Shown: piece by piece, positions 62,319 through 64,000 of the stretch
Numbering within the stretch: position 1 is the stretch's first letter
Layout of the letters: every line of letters starts with the position of its first letter
Assembly (NCBI GenBank): GCA_028534125.1
Contig: CM052817.1
Coordinates: 107,386,001-107,450,000 of the forward strand
From: Lama glama
Lineage: Eukaryota
Reading direction: 5' to 3'
Length of the DNA stretch: 64,000 bases
Notes under the pieces: model-generated
What the model saw: only the letters and a program-made list of their open reading frames with translations
What the model was told of the DNA's origin: nothing
Databases searched by the model: none
Translations under genes and position numbers: made by a program

Positions 62319-64000
62319 TTTGGGAGGGATGTGGTGGCAGTACCAGTGCCCCAGGCAGGATGCCAAAGCTGACCCTCAGATCACCGCCGAGACACTGAGA
62401 AAGCCCAGCAGAGGCCAGCAGACTGTGCAGCCGATCTCAGCTGAGCCCAGCCCTGGTGGCCAACCCCCGGAATCCGAGCTAAGCCACTGAACCTGGAACC
62501 CAGCCGCAGGTGACTGACACACCAGCCTGCATTTACAGAGAGGGCGATTATCTGTCGGGTGCTCGGTTCAGCATCTTAGACACAACATCTCAGCGAGTCC
62601 TCTGACCAGCTCAGGGATACAGGCACTCTTAATTATCTCCATCTCATGGAAAACTCCCCAAAACTGATGCCCTGGTCTCTGGAGCCTGATGGCGAAACTC
62701 TAACGTGTGTGGCCTCCATCGGAATTTGCTGCTTAGTGGATCCCAAGAAACTGGGACAGCTGGAAGGATTAGGACATTCTGGAGGGTTCCTCTTGTTACT
62801 TGGTCTCTTTAAACTTAGCAGGAAGGCAAGACTTCCCAAACCTTCTTCCCCAAGAAACTACTTCTGGGGCTGAGTGTGCTGTCCTCCCGGGTTCCACTTC
62901 CCACTTCCTGTTTCCTGCCACCATTGCAGTTGGTGGTGAGCACATGTCTCTCTCCAAAAGTGCTGGCAGCTTGGGGGGGTAGGTGGTTGGCAGTGGGCAG
63001 GACACTTGCATCTTAGTTTTTTAAAAAAACAACTGTAGTATTCAATTATTTTAACAAGATGGGATATAAATATATATATTTTGTTAAATATAACCATCTT
63101 GTTAAAATAATATATATATATATATATATATCTTTTTTTTTTTATAAAGAAGAAAACACACATACATGGCCACCCAAATCAAGGGCCAGTGTAGCTTACT
63201 CCTGAGTTACCGCCACCCCCAGAGTCCGTGCTCCAGGCCGAGCAGTGTAATTCCTTCAAGGCAGTGTCTTAAAAAGTCTGTGACGCTTGAGGGAGTGATG
63301 ACAGCGAGGTGTCTCCAGGGCATCAGCTATTTATGCAGCCCTTAGAACTGTTGTTCGTCTGTGTCCTCCAAAAATAGTACTTTATTTCCCCATGAGTACG
63401 AAATCTCCTTATTTTACATTTATTAGCCAAAGCCCATTTTTTTTTCCCCAGTGAGTCAGATCCAGCCAATTCAAGTTCTTTTATACATGTGGGTCTTTTG
63501 AGGCTTCAGAAATTTGAACAAAATCCCCACTGAAAGCCAAGTTTTCCCAGATATTTTCATTGGCCAGACGCCCCGCTTGTTGGCTTAATAAGGTCATGAA
63601 TAGGGCTGTTGGTTAAATGACAGGTCAGCTGGGCTTCCTGTTTCTTGTCCTTGTTAGGAGGTCTCATCTCTCCTTCGTGGCTGTAGTGAGCAGGAGGCAG
63701 GAAAGCAGAGCGGCTGACACCTGAGCGGCACCTGCTGCTCGCCAGTGCACTTCTAATTCTTTATGTTATGTCTTCCCAAGTCTCTTGTGCCAGCTTCAAA
63801 CCAGGCAGCCTGGCCCGGGAGCCCGCATTCTGCTTTAAACCATTCTGCGGGTTGAAAACATGACTCTGTCCCAAAGCCACCCCTTCCCTGAAATATTGCC
63901 TGTGATACTAATACACAAAAGAATGGAGATGTGTATATATATATATATATATATGTAAAATTTTTATCTGAGTATAATTGGTTTACAGTGTTGTGTTAGT

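Noticed and set aside
45649..64000. RXFP1 exon 2 (LDLa module) and exon 1
   Set aside because: No sequence encoding a Cys-rich LDLa module was found; these exons are likely in the second gap or beyond the window.
1..64000. CRISPR arrays, operons, rRNA or other prokaryote-type systems
   Set aside because: No regularly spaced repeats or dense intronless genes; the window is spliced mammalian DNA.

Overview
Mammalian genomic DNA, probably camelid (three tRNA-derived SINEs resembling Vic-1). It carries the ETFDH / C4orf46 / RXFP1 cluster. ETFDH coding exon 1 (minus strand, 5033-5066) and the complete two-exon C4orf46/RCDG1 gene (plus strand, 113 aa) sit head-to-head on one CpG-island promoter. 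RXFP1 (relaxin receptor 1, LGR7) runs on the minus strand: exons 3-14 are intact with GT-AG boundaries in one open frame, and exon 15 runs into a 500-N gap that must hide the 7TM exons. The rest is intron filled with L1, L2, MIR, ERV/LTR, hAT and SINE copies. Gene and repeat names come from remembered orthologue and consensus sequences, not database searches. I found no evidence of a wholly new biological system. The best leads are a 2-aa insertion in the RXFP1 LDLa-LRR linker, a 30-bp inverted pair of ZNF143-like sites in the bidirectional promoter, a strong-context uORF before ETFDH, a 52-bp templated inverted insertion in an L1, and a CpG-retaining L1 promoter nested in an ERV in ETFDH intron 1.
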